DNA from: an uncultured Verrucomicrobiae bacterium
Lineage (GTDB): Bacteria > Verrucomicrobiota > Verrucomicrobiia > Chthoniobacterales > JAATET01
NCBI GenBank assembly: GCA_963719495.1
Contig: CAVRCI010000002.1
Span: 576,001-640,000, forward strand
Direction: 5' to 3'
DNA length: 64,000 nt
The first letter of the stretch is position 1; each line of letters opens with the position of its first letter. The notes below the pieces were generated by a model. The model searched no databases and had not been told where the DNA came from. It saw only the letters and a list, made by a program, of their open reading frames with translations. Shown here one piece after another: positions 41,173 to 51,285 of this stretch. Made by a program: the position numbers and the translations under genes.

Positions 41173-42492
41173 TTACGGGCGGTTGCCGGGGGCCAGTCGA
41201 CTCGGCTTCACGAGCACGGTGTTCAGGTCGACCAGCGACGAGAAGTCGGCGAGGAAGACGCGGCGGGTGTTGTCGAGGACGCCGTTGAACGCGACCCAGC
41301 GGTCGCCGGGCAGCCACGCCGGATGCGGATCGACTCGCAAGGCGGGGTGGTTCTCGGGGACCACCACCGAGGGAATGCGCGCCGCCGTTCGTTCTTCACC
41401 CGTGATCGTGTCGATCCAACGCAAGGGCATGCTGCCGTCGCCATAGGCCATCCGGTCGTAAACGTAGGTGTCGGTGAGGATGTGGCGTCCGTCGGGGTGG
41501 ACGGTTGGGTGGCCCGAGCCGATCACATCGGCGAGGATCGGGGCGAGTCCACTGCCGTCGTGGCCGACGCGCACGAAACGATAGCCGTCGCCGAATCCGC
41601 CGAGGTTCATCGACAGCGTGCGTCCGTCGGGACACCAGTTGATGTGGTGGCCGCCGTGTTCCCAGGCGGGCGCGGGGACGGCGTTGCGGAGTTCGGTGCC
41701 GTCGGGCCGGCAGGTGAAGACGTCGAAGCGAAGACCGCCGTCGTGCTCGTGGAGGACGTTGAAGCGATACGGGCCGTCGCTCGGAAACCGGCGGACGGTG
41801 AAGATCAGCCGGTCGCTTTGGCGGTTCCATTTGGTGTGGAATCCGTAGATTTCCCAGGTGTCCGGACCGGATTCGGCGAGTTCGGGCATCTTCGCGGCGG
41901 CGGCAGCGAGCGAGACGATCAGCCGCCGCTCGCCGGTTTCGAGATCGATGAGGAACAAGCCGTCGTCTTCGCGGGGACCGACGTTGCGCGGGATCTGGTC
42001 GTCGGGAATGACGACGCCGTAGCCGACCTGCGTGCGGCGCATGGCGGCGGTCGATGCCGCGGCGGCGAAGTGTCCATCGGGCGAAACTTGATAGACACCA
42101 CCGGGGATGCGTTCGCTCGTGCCGCGATGCGGGTCGAGCTTCACCAAACGCGGCTCCCAAGTGTCGGGATCGACGTCGTTGAAGACCAGGGTGTGCTCGT
42201 CGGCGCCCCAGTTGAGATTGCAGCCCATTTGTGGTTCCCAGCCGCGGGTTTCCGCGACCACCCGCTCGGTGCCACGCAGGAGATCGACGAGGATCACCTC
42301 GCCCACGTCGCCGGGGCGGTTGATCCGATCCTCGAACGGAAGGCGAAAAAGTGCGGCGAAACGCCCGCACGGACTCACCGGGGAGGTGTCGAAAAAACGG
42401 TGAATCGTCCGCCCTTCGCCCGGGGTGATGCAGTGGATGGGGACGAGTGGTTCGTGCTCGCGGTAGGCGGGAAAGTTGGGAGACAGTTTCAT
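41173..42492 (-). CDS. TolB/WD40-like beta-propeller protein (oligogalacturonate-lyase-like)
   Basis: Repeats SPCGR, VSPDGH, HTKWN, HINWCPDG, HPTVHPDG, DPHPAW; ATG at 42492. Confidence 0.65.
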   Translation of the reverse strand: MKLSPNFPAYREHEPLVPIHCITPGEGRTIHRFFDTSPVSPCGRFAALFRLPFEDRINRPGDVGEVILVDLLRGTERVVAETRGWEPQMGCNLNWGADEHTLVFNDVDPDTWEPRLVKLDPHRGTSERIPGGVYQVSPDGHFAAAASTAAMRRTQVGYGVVIPDDQIPRNVGPREDDGLFLIDLETGERRLIVSLAAAAAKMPELAESGPDTWEIYGFHTKWNRQSDRLIFTVRRFPSDGPYRFNVLHEHDGGLRFDVFTCRPDGTELRNAVPAPAWEHGGHHINWCPDGRTLSMNLGGFGDGYRFVRVGHDGSGLAPILADVIGSGHPTVHPDGRHILTDTYVYDRMAYGDGSMPLRWIDTITGEERTAARIPSVVVPENHPALRVDPHPAWLPGDRWVAFNGVLDNTRRVFLADFSSLVDLNTVLVKPSRLAPGNRP

Positions 42493-42671
42493 CGTGATTT
42501 GTTGCTGGCGGCGTTGACCACCATCCCCCAGCTGGCGAATCGCTCGGCGTCGCTGTCGCGCAGCTCGAGCGCCAGCGGCATCAGCGGGGGATCGAAGTAG
42601 TGGGCGTCCTCCATCAGGGTTACGGCATTCTTTGGCTCGTAGAGCCGACCCGTGCGGTCGAACTCGCTCAT
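42489..42671 (-). CDS. Small hypothetical protein, or 3' remnant of a lost gene
   Basis: 60 aa ORF with ATGA overlap onto the beta-propeller gene. Confidence 0.35.
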   Translation of the reverse strand: MSEFDRTGRLYEPKNAVTLMEDAHYFDPPLMPLALELRDSDAERFASWGMVVNAASNKSR

Positions 42672-42688
42672 TCTTGAATAGGGAACGG

Positions 42689-42889
42689 CTATCGAGCAAG
42701 GCTCCTTCTACGTCCGGCTCTCTTGCCGTTGAATCGTTGCATGGACTCCTCGAGTTTGGCAGCGGTCAGCGAGGGGAGCCTGGTGACGAGTCGGCGTATA
42801 ACCATTGAGACGGATTCGAGCTCAGATTGCTTCTCCTTCTCGAGTAGCTCGGAGGCGTCGAGTTCGAGAGTAATTGTCTTTGTGGCCAT
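42689..42889 (-). CDS. VapB-family antitoxin (orphan)
   Basis: MATKTITLELDASELLEKEK..ESVSMVIRRL matches the KTI.L...Y..L...K...ESFS.VIRR pattern; no PIN toxin ORF follows. Confidence 0.65.
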   Translation of the reverse strand: MATKTITLELDASELLEKEKQSELESVSMVIRRLVTRLPSLTAAKLEESMQRFNGKRAGRRRSLAR

Positions 42890-43421
42890 ACGTGGAGGAC
42901 ACGAGGCCGTGCGATTTTTCTCACGCAGCGGCGCCGTCAAGACGCAGCGCTGAGATGAATTCGGAAATTCTTTGCTGTTGCCTCGCTCGCTCCCGGTTGC
43001 TTTCGCCGTTCCCCCGGCTCCGCCCGTCGGGCTGCCTGTCGGCAGGCGCTGGCGCTCGTCTCCCGTCGGCGGGAGTGTCTCTCGCCCTTCGGGTTCCGCA
43101 AGGCCGGAGGCTGCCCCGAGCCTTCCCGGGCTCCTGTGCCCTACGCGAGGCCCGGTATCCGAATCTGTCCACAGGTGGAAGTCGTTGTTTTCTAACTTAT
43201 CTGCGTTCGCGAATGCGATCGTCGAGGTTCGGGTTAGGACGGAAGATCATTGCGCGTCCGCGTTTCCCTTTCTCCAAAAGGACGTTTTCGCGAGGGTGAG
43301 GAGGTCTTTGCGAGCGGTGCCCTGGATGTTTTGGTGTGCCTCGATGGTGTCGAGTTGGGATTTCTCAGACTGTGGGTGATCAGTGCCTATTGGCGATAAT
43401 CGAGATCGGCCCATCCTCGGA

Positions 43422-43855
43422 TCAGCGCGTCGCGGTGTCGAGAAACCACGTTCGAAGCCAGCGAACGGCTGTCTGCAACGACGGTGCGTCATTTGTCAGC
43501 CATCCGTGAACAATCAATGGCGAGCATCCTGAGATCAGGAGACCGAAGTGGGGGCGACCAGAACTCTCAACAGCTGGATTCACCCGTCCGTCGCGCCGGA
43601 CGTTAGGAAGTCCGCCGGATCGGTCGGAATCAGGCCACCAGTATTTCCCCAGCCTGTTGTAATCGTGGGGGTCGCCGCTGGGAGCGACAACTTTCGAAGG
43701 ATTCGCGGTCACGGTGGGGGCGGGACGGTGAGCAATCCCTTGGCTCGTAGGGTCAAAGGTTCAAGATCGTCCGCAGAGATCGAGTCGCGCAGCTTGGTCC
43801 ACTCCTCGTCACGAGATCACACGATGGGGAAACTTCGACTCGACCCAAAAGACAT
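43422..43855 (-). pseudogene. Truncated paralogue of the alginate lyase at 38827-39981
   Basis: APSGDPHDYNRLGKYWWPD..RRDGRVNP..LIVHGWLT..WLRTWFLDTATR aligns with the intact copy; early TGA, frameshift and 3' truncation. Confidence 0.88.
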
Positions 43856-45564
43856 TCCTGCTTTGATCAAGAGATTCAACTGATGCATCAAGCCGCATTC
43901 TAGGGTTCGATTTCGAGCTTCCAACGGGCGTTTGATCGGGAAGGCTGCCGGCAGCTCGGCCGAGATCTTCGCTTCTCAAGTTGACCTTAGGGCGGTGGCA
44001 CGACGTTTCGAATCGATGGAAAAATACATTGGCACAAAGTGGTTCGAGTCCCCGCTCGGACCCGCGGAAGACCCTTGGACGCTTTCCACCTTGATTCCGG
44101 ACCATCCCCATCACCGGGATGCTTGCATCGGGAATGGCCTGATCGGAACGCGCATCAACGCAGAGGGGACAGCGGACGGCTACCGGCCGGGATCTTCCAG
44201 TTTCATGAGCGGCTTGTGGGGAGCCGCGACAGAGAATCCCGACCGTCCCCAGGGACTCATCGAGTTGCCCCACTGGGCGACATTGCGGATCGAGGGCGGA
44301 GATCGGGAGTTGCGGCGGTCGCTCGGAGAGATCTTTGATCGGCGTCAGAATCTGAATCTGCGCACGGCTACGGTGACCACCTCTTGGGTTTCCCACGAAG
44401 TGGACGGGAGCTCAATCAATCGAAAGATCGAGGTTTGGATGGCGAGGGCCGACCCCCACATCGCCGTTATTGACGCCAGAGTGCGAACCGACGGTCACTC
44501 ATTTCCGGCAACCGTGTCGATCGAAGAGGTCTTGGACAGCATGCACATCCCGGATACGTCGGAGGCTTCGACCAACGTTCTGGGCGAAGATCTGGTGATG
44601 ACTTTGATCAGCAGAAAATTCGGTCATCACTTGGTGGTTCGTTCGCGCTTGCTGATCTCTGGTGGGGACGGGTTGCGAATATTCTCCACGGTCACGTGCG
44701 ATCCGCGACGGGCCATCCGCCGGCTCCAACTGAGCGGCATCCGGCCTGGCGAAGAGATCCGGGTCGAGAAGGTCGTTGCAATCGTGAGCAGTAAGCAGCA
44801 CGCGGACCCCGAGAAAGAGGCGGGTCGTCAGCTGGATGCCGCGTGTGCTGACCTTTCAGGGATTCGCAAACGTCACGTTGAGGGGTGGGCACATTTGTGG
44901 ACCGGACGGATCGAATCGTCTCATCCGCGGCTACAGCAACTCGCAAATTCCTGCCTCTACCATCTCTACTCAACGGTTCGAGAAGAAACGGGGGATTCGC
45001 ACGGTCCTTGCGGATTATTTGGAAACGGTTGGGATGGTCACGTTTTTTGGGACACCGACCTGTGGACGCAACCCGTCCTGGCGTTGTTCAATCCGAGCCT
45101 AGCTCGATCTTGCGCAGCGTATCGGCATCGCACGCTCGGGGGTGCGCGGGAGAATGCAGTCCGCGAAGGAGAAGCTGGGGCGCGCTATGGCTGGATGACG
45201 GGAGAGACCGGGGCGGAATGCTGTTCCCAGCGAGTCTTCCAAGAAGAGCGGCACATCGTGAGCTGCGTCGCGCTGGGTCAGTGGTTGTACGCCGTCGGCG
45301 CTGGTGACGAGGATTGGCTAGCGGGTGAGGGTCTGGAGGTCCTCACAGGATGTGCGGAATACTGGGTTTCGCGTGCGGTGAAGGACGCAGATGGCAGATA
45401 CCACATTTTGAAGGTTTGCGGTCCCGATGAACATGCTGGGTGTGTCGACGACAACGCCGTGACGAATTGGGGTGCCGCGTGGACGCTCCGGAAGGCAGCG
45501 GAGTTGACGTGCCAACAAGGGAATACTCCTCCACCGGTCTGGCAGGAAATCGCCGACGGATTAG

Positions 45565-47593
45565 CCCTACTTCGCGGACTGGAGGGGTCGAATGGTTGCG
45601 AAGCCGCTATTTTACAGGAGCGAGGTCAAAAGGTCGGCACTACAGGCTGAGGTGATTCGAGGAGAGTTGATCTTCGGTGGCGGTTGCTCCGGCAGGGTGA
45701 GATTGAGTTGTTGCAGCAGGAGCTGGAGGTCTTTTTCGGGCTGAGTGTAGCGGGTGAGAACGATTTCACGCCCGTCGGTGGTGGGGAGAGCAACGTCGAG
45801 CATTTGCACGGCGGCGAACTTCTCGAAGACACTCCTGGGAGTCAGTCCGCTGGCCAGAGGTTTGAGGCGGGCCTTGAGGGTGACCTGTAGGCAGTAGGCT
45901 AGGAACGAGATGAAGATGTGGGACTCGATGCGGTGTTCGAGTTGGTGGTGGATGGGCCGGATGGCCAAGTCGCCTTTGAGTTCTTTGAAGGCCTGTTCGA
46001 TCTCGGTGAGCTGGAGGTAGTATTCCCAGAGTTTGGCTGGATCGCTCCCGCTCAGGTTGGTTCGCAGTAGGTAGCGTCCTTCGCGGCGGCGGGCCACGCG
46101 CAGTTTTTTGCGATCAAGGCGGTGGGTGAAGGTCACGGTTTGCTTTTCGGCTTCGCCGTGGATAGCGACTTCAACCTGGACGTGGCGGGCGTCGCGTCCG
46201 GCTTGCTTTTTCGCCGCGCCGAGAGCTTGGTGGAAGTCGTCTCGTCCGAGCGGGGTTTTGCGTGAGTTCAGATCGGCGAGAGTTTTGAGGTATTTGCGAA
46301 GACGGCGGCGACGCATCGAACGCTCTTTGGCGACGCGTGCTTCGCTCTGCGCAAAGACGTAGGTTTCCCCGCCCTTGGGCAGCAACTTGACCTGCACATT
46401 CTCACGCACATTTTTCCACGGGCAATCGAGCAGATCCTTTTCCAAGGCCGTGAGACGGCCTTTGGGCGTGCCCACGAGGTAGGAGACTGGTGGATCGCTT
46501 TTGCGCATTTCCTCGAGGACTTCTTCGGTCGGGATGCCCCGATCCATGATCCAGATGCGGTCGGCTTTGCCGTATTGGTCTTGGATCTTTTCTAGGAAGG
46601 TTCGCAGGGTCGTCTTGTCCGCTGTGTTGCCGGCGAGCACTTCGTAGGCGATGGGAAAGCCGTCCGGGGTTACGATCAAAGCGATGACCACCTGCACGCA
46701 ATCGCTTCGCTTGTCGCGCGAGTAACCAAACTTGCGCTTGTCGTCTTCGGGGAACGGCGGATTGCTCTCGAAGTAGGTGCTCGTGAGATCGTAAAGCAGG
46801 ACTTCGAATTTGGCGTCGAAGAGAGTTTTCCAGCGCTCGGTGAGATGGTCGAAGAAAGCGGTTTTGTGGGGCAGTAACTTGTCGTGACACTCGTAGAGCC
46901 GATGGATTTCGGCCAACCCGAAGTCGCCGCCCAGCAGATCGCCCATCGCGCTTTGGTCGAACCAATGGCGGTGCAAACGCCATTCGCTACCGGGGCTCAA
47001 GAGGCGGTAAACGGCGATCGTTTTTAAGATGTCGGCCCACCGGGCTCCCTGCCGACCTCTGGGCAGGCGATCTTCCCAAAACTCGTCCAAGCCAAGCTGT
47101 TCCCAGAGCTGGCAAGCCAGCCAACACGCGCCCCATTGACGCGGTCTGCGGAGCTGCATCTCCGATAGCCGGATGCCGACAGCGGGAATCTCACGGTGGC
47201 CGACATCCGACGGAAGGTGTTCCTCCGGGAAGAGCGAGACCTGCTGCGGTGCCTCGTCGCCTTCGCTCGCAAAAAGATCGATTGTCTTTTGCCACGATGC
47301 CTCCTGACGCCCGTTGAGTTCCCCCAAATACAGAACGTGTCGCTGCAGAACTCGGCCACCGGACACTCTCCGGTTCTCGACAATGCTCCAGTAAAGGTGC
47401 TCTTTCCCGTCCTTGCGGCGCTTCTTACAACGGAGAAACATGTCCCCATGAAAACAGTTCCCTCAAAAAACGCGCAAGGGGGTAGGTCGGCACTACAAGC
47501 ACTTTCGGAGACCACCCCCTTGTGTTTATGCGGGTTCGACGACCTCAAGCTGCCGAAAATAGCTGTTTTTGGCCTCGAGTCCGCGAAGTAGGG
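45565..47593 (-). mobile_element. IS1634-family insertion sequence (2029 bp)
   Basis: 21 bp inverted repeats CCCTACTTCGCGGACT(G/C)GAGG; TTAG duplication at 45561-45564 and 47594-47597. Confidence 0.93.
45612..47441 (-). CDS. IS1634-family transposase
   Basis: MFLRCKKRRKDGKEHLYWSIVENRR, LLYDLTSTYFE, GYSRDKR, IMDRG, IEQAFKELK, IRPIHH. Confidence 0.93.
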   Translation of the reverse strand: MFLRCKKRRKDGKEHLYWSIVENRRVSGGRVLQRHVLYLGELNGRQEASWQKTIDLFASEGDEAPQQVSLFPEEHLPSDVGHREIPAVGIRLSEMQLRRPRQWGACWLACQLWEQLGLDEFWEDRLPRGRQGARWADILKTIAVYRLLSPGSEWRLHRHWFDQSAMGDLLGGDFGLAEIHRLYECHDKLLPHKTAFFDHLTERWKTLFDAKFEVLLYDLTSTYFESNPPFPEDDKRKFGYSRDKRSDCVQVVIALIVTPDGFPIAYEVLAGNTADKTTLRTFLEKIQDQYGKADRIWIMDRGIPTEEVLEEMRKSDPPVSYLVGTPKGRLTALEKDLLDCPWKNVRENVQVKLLPKGGETYVFAQSEARVAKERSMRRRRLRKYLKTLADLNSRKTPLGRDDFHQALGAAKKQAGRDARHVQVEVAIHGEAEKQTVTFTHRLDRKKLRVARRREGRYLLRTNLSGSDPAKLWEYYLQLTEIEQAFKELKGDLAIRPIHHQLEHRIESHIFISFLAYCLQVTLKARLKPLASGLTPRSVFEKFAAVQMLDVALPTTDGREIVLTRYTQPEKDLQLLLQQLNLTLPEQPPPKINSPRITSACSADLLTSLL

Positions 47594-48347
47594 TTAGTGA
47601 TGCTCGAACATCCTGAGCTCAAAATTCCGTTGCAGATGCGACAGTGGCGGGAGGACCAGACGATCAAGCAAGCGGACGCTACCCTCTTGGTTCACCCGTG
47701 GCACCTTCCTCTCGACGAGGACAAGATTGAGAAGATGGTCGACTACTACCGGGCGCATTATCCCGACCAACCCATCATGATGGGGGCTGCTATCGATGGG
47801 ATTTTGGATGGCCGATTAGGTCGAAGTGCAGAGGTTACGCGAACGTTTGCAGAGCTCCTTCCGTATTTCCGACCTCCGTTTCTTGTCACAACGGAGGCGC
47901 CGTCAAACGAGCGACTCGTCTTCCTGACCGGAATGGGCGGGTTTCTCCAGTTTATCGCGATGGGGATGGCGGGATTGATCACGGACGAATGGAGCGGGCT
48001 GCGGAGCGGATGGGCTTGTTTGCCGGACGGGCTGGACGACTTGACACTCCACGGCGTCCACCATCGGGGTGGTGTTCATGAAGTGACCGTGTCGCGCGAC
48101 TCCGCGGGTTGCGCCCGGGTCAAGATTGCGACCGACGCCGAGATTGCTACAGACGCGCAGCGGGGTGCGGCCATTGCGCTCCCGGATCGGTAGGAGCCGC
48201 AGCGCTGGGCTTGGTGGAACGAGCAACATATCGAGGCAGAATGAAAATTCTTGTTGCAATCGACCGACCGGCATGACACTTATATCAGAAGCTTGTCCCG
48301 GGTTACCGACCGCGGGGCGTCTCACAAAACCCCAAAACGCACTCCCA

Positions 48348-49217
48348 ATGAAAACCAAATCCCTTCGAAACACTTTTCTTCTAACAGCCGCCTCTGGCTT
48401 GATCGTCGGTCTCTCGACCGTCGCTCCGAGTAGCGCCGCAGTCATTTTCTCTGAAAATTTTGACGGCGTGACGGTTGGTTCAGCAATCGTTCCAGGAAAC
48501 ACCAATTACACGCTCGGTGCGACGGGGGCAGGCACCACTCAGACTTCCACGTTGGATTCCGCTAACCTGTTTGGGCTGGGGACATCGAACCGTTACAATC
48601 TCACGAACGATGGTTCGACGAGTTTTTCCACCTTCATTGGGGTGAGTGCCCTGAACGGCTCTGGGCTCGGTTCAATTGCGACTTACTCTTGGGACTTTAA
48701 CGATAGCACTGGGAGAGAGGGCTACACCTTTCGCATTTCGACTGGTAATAGTCCCCAATCCGCGCACACCACCCAAGTGAATTTTAACTCATCTGGTGCG
48801 GGGTCTATTCTCGACGTCACCAGCGCTTTTACTCTTGGAAGCACCTATCGGGTGGATTTGGTTGCGAACGTGGGTGCATCGACCGTCAATTTTTCCGACG
48901 GGAATGGTATCGCCCGTTCGGTTGGAGCCAGCAGATTTTCGGTCTTCCTGACAACGCTGGATCGAACGACGCAAACGGTCATCAAAGACAACGCAACCTT
49001 TAACGGCGGCGCAGGCGCGGCAGATGGCCTCTTCAGATCGGTGGCCTTTCAGACCTTCAACGGGAACACTCCCATCGTCGCGTGGGACAACGTCACCGTC
49101 CGAGACGAAGCGTTTGTCACTACGGCTGTTCCCGAGCCATCCACTTACGCGTTGTTCTGCGTTGCCGGTGTTGCCGCTATTGCGATGGTTCGCCGTCGTC
49201 GCCAGATGCAGGCCTGA
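48348..49217 (+). CDS. PEP-CTERM sorting domain protein
   Basis: MKTK signal peptide, Thr/Gly/Ser/Asn-rich body, C-terminal VPEPSTYALFCVAGVAAIAMVRRRR. Confidence 0.92.
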   Translation: MKTKSLRNTFLLTAASGLIVGLSTVAPSSAAVIFSENFDGVTVGSAIVPGNTNYTLGATGAGTTQTSTLDSANLFGLGTSNRYNLTNDGSTSFSTFIGVSALNGSGLGSIATYSWDFNDSTGREGYTFRISTGNSPQSAHTTQVNFNSSGAGSILDVTSAFTLGSTYRVDLVANVGASTVNFSDGNGIARSVGASRFSVFLTTLDRTTQTVIKDNATFNGGAGAADGLFRSVAFQTFNGNTPIVAWDNVTVRDEAFVTTAVPEPSTYALFCVAGVAAIAMVRRRRQMQA

Positions 49218-49260
49218 TTGCTGGTCGACCGTTGTCGGGCTGAATCCCGAAGAAAGCTTG

Positions 49261-49298
49261 GTGCCGGGGATGTTTTCATCCCCGGCACTTTTCATTTT
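49261..49298 (+). terminator. Rho-independent terminator
   Basis: Perfect 12 bp stem GTGCCGGGGATG/CATCCCCGGCAC followed by TTTTCATTTT. Confidence 0.8.
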
Positions 49299-49409
49299 GG
49301 AGTTGCCTGCCACAGGTTCCGAACTGGAACGATCTGTCGAGGTCCGCTTGCGTGACATTCATTGTTCGGCGGATTGACGAACGTGGTGAAAGATATTACT
49401 GATACAATC

Positions 49410-51113
49410 ATGACTCCCGCCCATTCATTTCCCCTCTCTCGTCACTTGGTTGTCCTCTGCGTCAGTCTCGCTGGACTGGTCCCGTTCACCGCTCGATCCG
49501 TGGAGATCGAAATGCTGCCGTCGGACGGAGCTGAGATCGTCGGATCGAATTACGAAGCCCGGATCGCGAGTGATGGGTGCATGACGAAGCTGGAGGTGGG
49601 CGGGAGGCCATTTCTCAAGTCGGGTGTCGCTGGGTTTACCAAGGGAGTCTACCTCATCTCGAAAGGCAACGTGCTGCGGCTGAGTCAAATCGAGCTGGAA
49701 GGTGATTCGAGCGTTTTGGCGAGCGGCGGAGATACCTCGATTCATTACGCGTTCTCGGACGAAGGGATCGTTTTCACCGCGAAGAACGACCGTGAGAATA
49801 TGATCAGCTTTTTTCTGATTCTCGATAAGGGTGTCACGGATCTGACCACCGTCGATGGCGGTAATTACCCGCTGCCGATCGGAAACAATCTGAATAACGT
49901 GACGCTACACAGCGAAGGGAGTTCGATGACGGTGAGCGGCTCGGGCAAGTATTGGCCCTTCGAAGGGCATCAGGCCGTGCAGTTCGACATTCGGTCGGGT
50001 GAGAGTTTCGAGGTGGAAGTTGGATTTTCAAGTGATGGAAGCGGGGAATCTGCGGTGACAGTTTTAGAAACGCCTCCGGTCGCGACGGCACCCGTCCCGG
50101 CTCCCGAGACCTCGCCAGCGAGGACCGGCGGAGATTCCGCCCTGACGATCACATCGCCGGTCGAGTATCAGGTTTTTCAGCGGACATCGGAGACGTCCGG
50201 TCCGCTGCGGATTGCGGTGACGGCGAAAGACCCGGCCCAATCCATCGAATACTGTCTGACGGGCGAGTCGACCTCGGGGAAGCTTCCGGAAGATTGGATC
50301 GCGTTGGAGAAAAAGGCCGGGGCCGCGCAGTCGGAAGCGACCGTCGAGACGCCGGCGGGCGGCTGGTATCGGCTCGAGGTCCGGACAGTGGCGGGTGGGG
50401 GTGAGGAGCAAACCGCGGCCGTCGAGCGATTTGGAATCGGAGATATCTTCATCGGAGCCGGCCAGTCGAACTCGACGAGTTGCGGAGAGGTTCCCACGGA
50501 AACCCAGACGGGACTCGTTGCGAACTTTACCGGCAAGGAATGGCGGCTGGCGAACGATCCTCAGCTCGGGACGGCGGATCAGGGAAAGAAGGGGTGCAAG
50601 GGTGGAAGTTTTTACCCGGCATTTGGCGATACTTTGGCGTCGGATTTGGGCGTTCCGATCGGCGTTGCGCCGACGGGTTGCACGGGCACCAGCGTCAAGT
50701 ATTGGCAACCGGGGGGCGACCTCTTCAAGCGCCTTGTCCAGCGGATGGATGAGTTGGGAGAGCAGGGGTTTCGAGCGGTTTTGTGGCATCAGGGCGAAAC
50801 GGACGTCGAAATGGACGGCGACACCTACTTCAAACTGCTGAAAAAGGTCATCACGACCTCGCGCGAGAAGGCGGGGTGGGACGCGCCGTGGATCGTTGCC
50901 CAAGCAACCTATCCCGATAAGCCGGACGATCATCCCATTCGCGAGGCGCAGGCGCGGATATGGTCGGAAGGCATCGCCCACGAGGGGCCGGACACCGATC
51001 AGCTCGGCCGGAAGTATCGCGACAGCACGGCGGTGCATTTCAATCCCGAAGGACTCGACGCCCACGGCAAGCTTTGGGCGACGAAAGTGCGTGAGGCGCA
51101 GCTGACGTTTTAG
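49410..51113 (+). CDS. Secreted SASA-type carbohydrate esterase with an extra N-terminal domain
   Basis: Signal peptide; GDIFIGAGQSNS, AVLWHQGETD, DSTAVHF. Confidence 0.85.
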   Translation: MTPAHSFPLSRHLVVLCVSLAGLVPFTARSVEIEMLPSDGAEIVGSNYEARIASDGCMTKLEVGGRPFLKSGVAGFTKGVYLISKGNVLRLSQIELEGDSSVLASGGDTSIHYAFSDEGIVFTAKNDRENMISFFLILDKGVTDLTTVDGGNYPLPIGNNLNNVTLHSEGSSMTVSGSGKYWPFEGHQAVQFDIRSGESFEVEVGFSSDGSGESAVTVLETPPVATAPVPAPETSPARTGGDSALTITSPVEYQVFQRTSETSGPLRIAVTAKDPAQSIEYCLTGESTSGKLPEDWIALEKKAGAAQSEATVETPAGGWYRLEVRTVAGGGEEQTAAVERFGIGDIFIGAGQSNSTSCGEVPTETQTGLVANFTGKEWRLANDPQLGTADQGKKGCKGGSFYPAFGDTLASDLGVPIGVAPTGCTGTSVKYWQPGGDLFKRLVQRMDELGEQGFRAVLWHQGETDVEMDGDTYFKLLKKVITTSREKAGWDAPWIVAQATYPDKPDDHPIREAQARIWSEGIAHEGPDTDQLGRKYRDSTAVHFNPEGLDAHGKLWATKVREAQLTF

Positions 51114-51201
51114 TCAGGGATTCGCGACGCTTCTCGGATCTTTTCTCTGAGAGGCAAGGGGGGACGAGGCGGAGGTTGTCTTCGAAGGACGGTTTTAGGG
51201 A

Positions 51202-51240
51202 TTGACATCTTTCGGATCTGAAAGGTATCTCTTATATCAG
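51202..51240 (+). promoter_or_regulatory. Candidate promoter (-35 TTGACA) overlapped by two tandem operator-like motifs
   Basis: TTGACA 51202-51207; ACATCTTTCGGATCTG 51205-51220; AAGGTATCTCTTATATCAG 51222-51240. Confidence 0.55.
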
Positions 51241-51285
51241 CGAGTGCGGCAGTCCGCTGTGCTCCAAACCTCCCCCCCAAAACAA

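Larger units (their letters stand above)
44016..48193 (+). pseudogene. Glycoside hydrolase family 65 protein split by IS1634
   Basis: IGNGLIG, WDGHVFWDTDLW, GPDEH before the IS and IKQADATLL after it; excision restores ..ADGL|VMLEHP.. in frame. Confidence 0.9.

Noticed and set aside
42900..43400. GC-rich hairpin-prone DNA, possibly an IS end or ncRNA
   Set aside because: Could not define inverted repeats, a target duplication or an RNA family by eye
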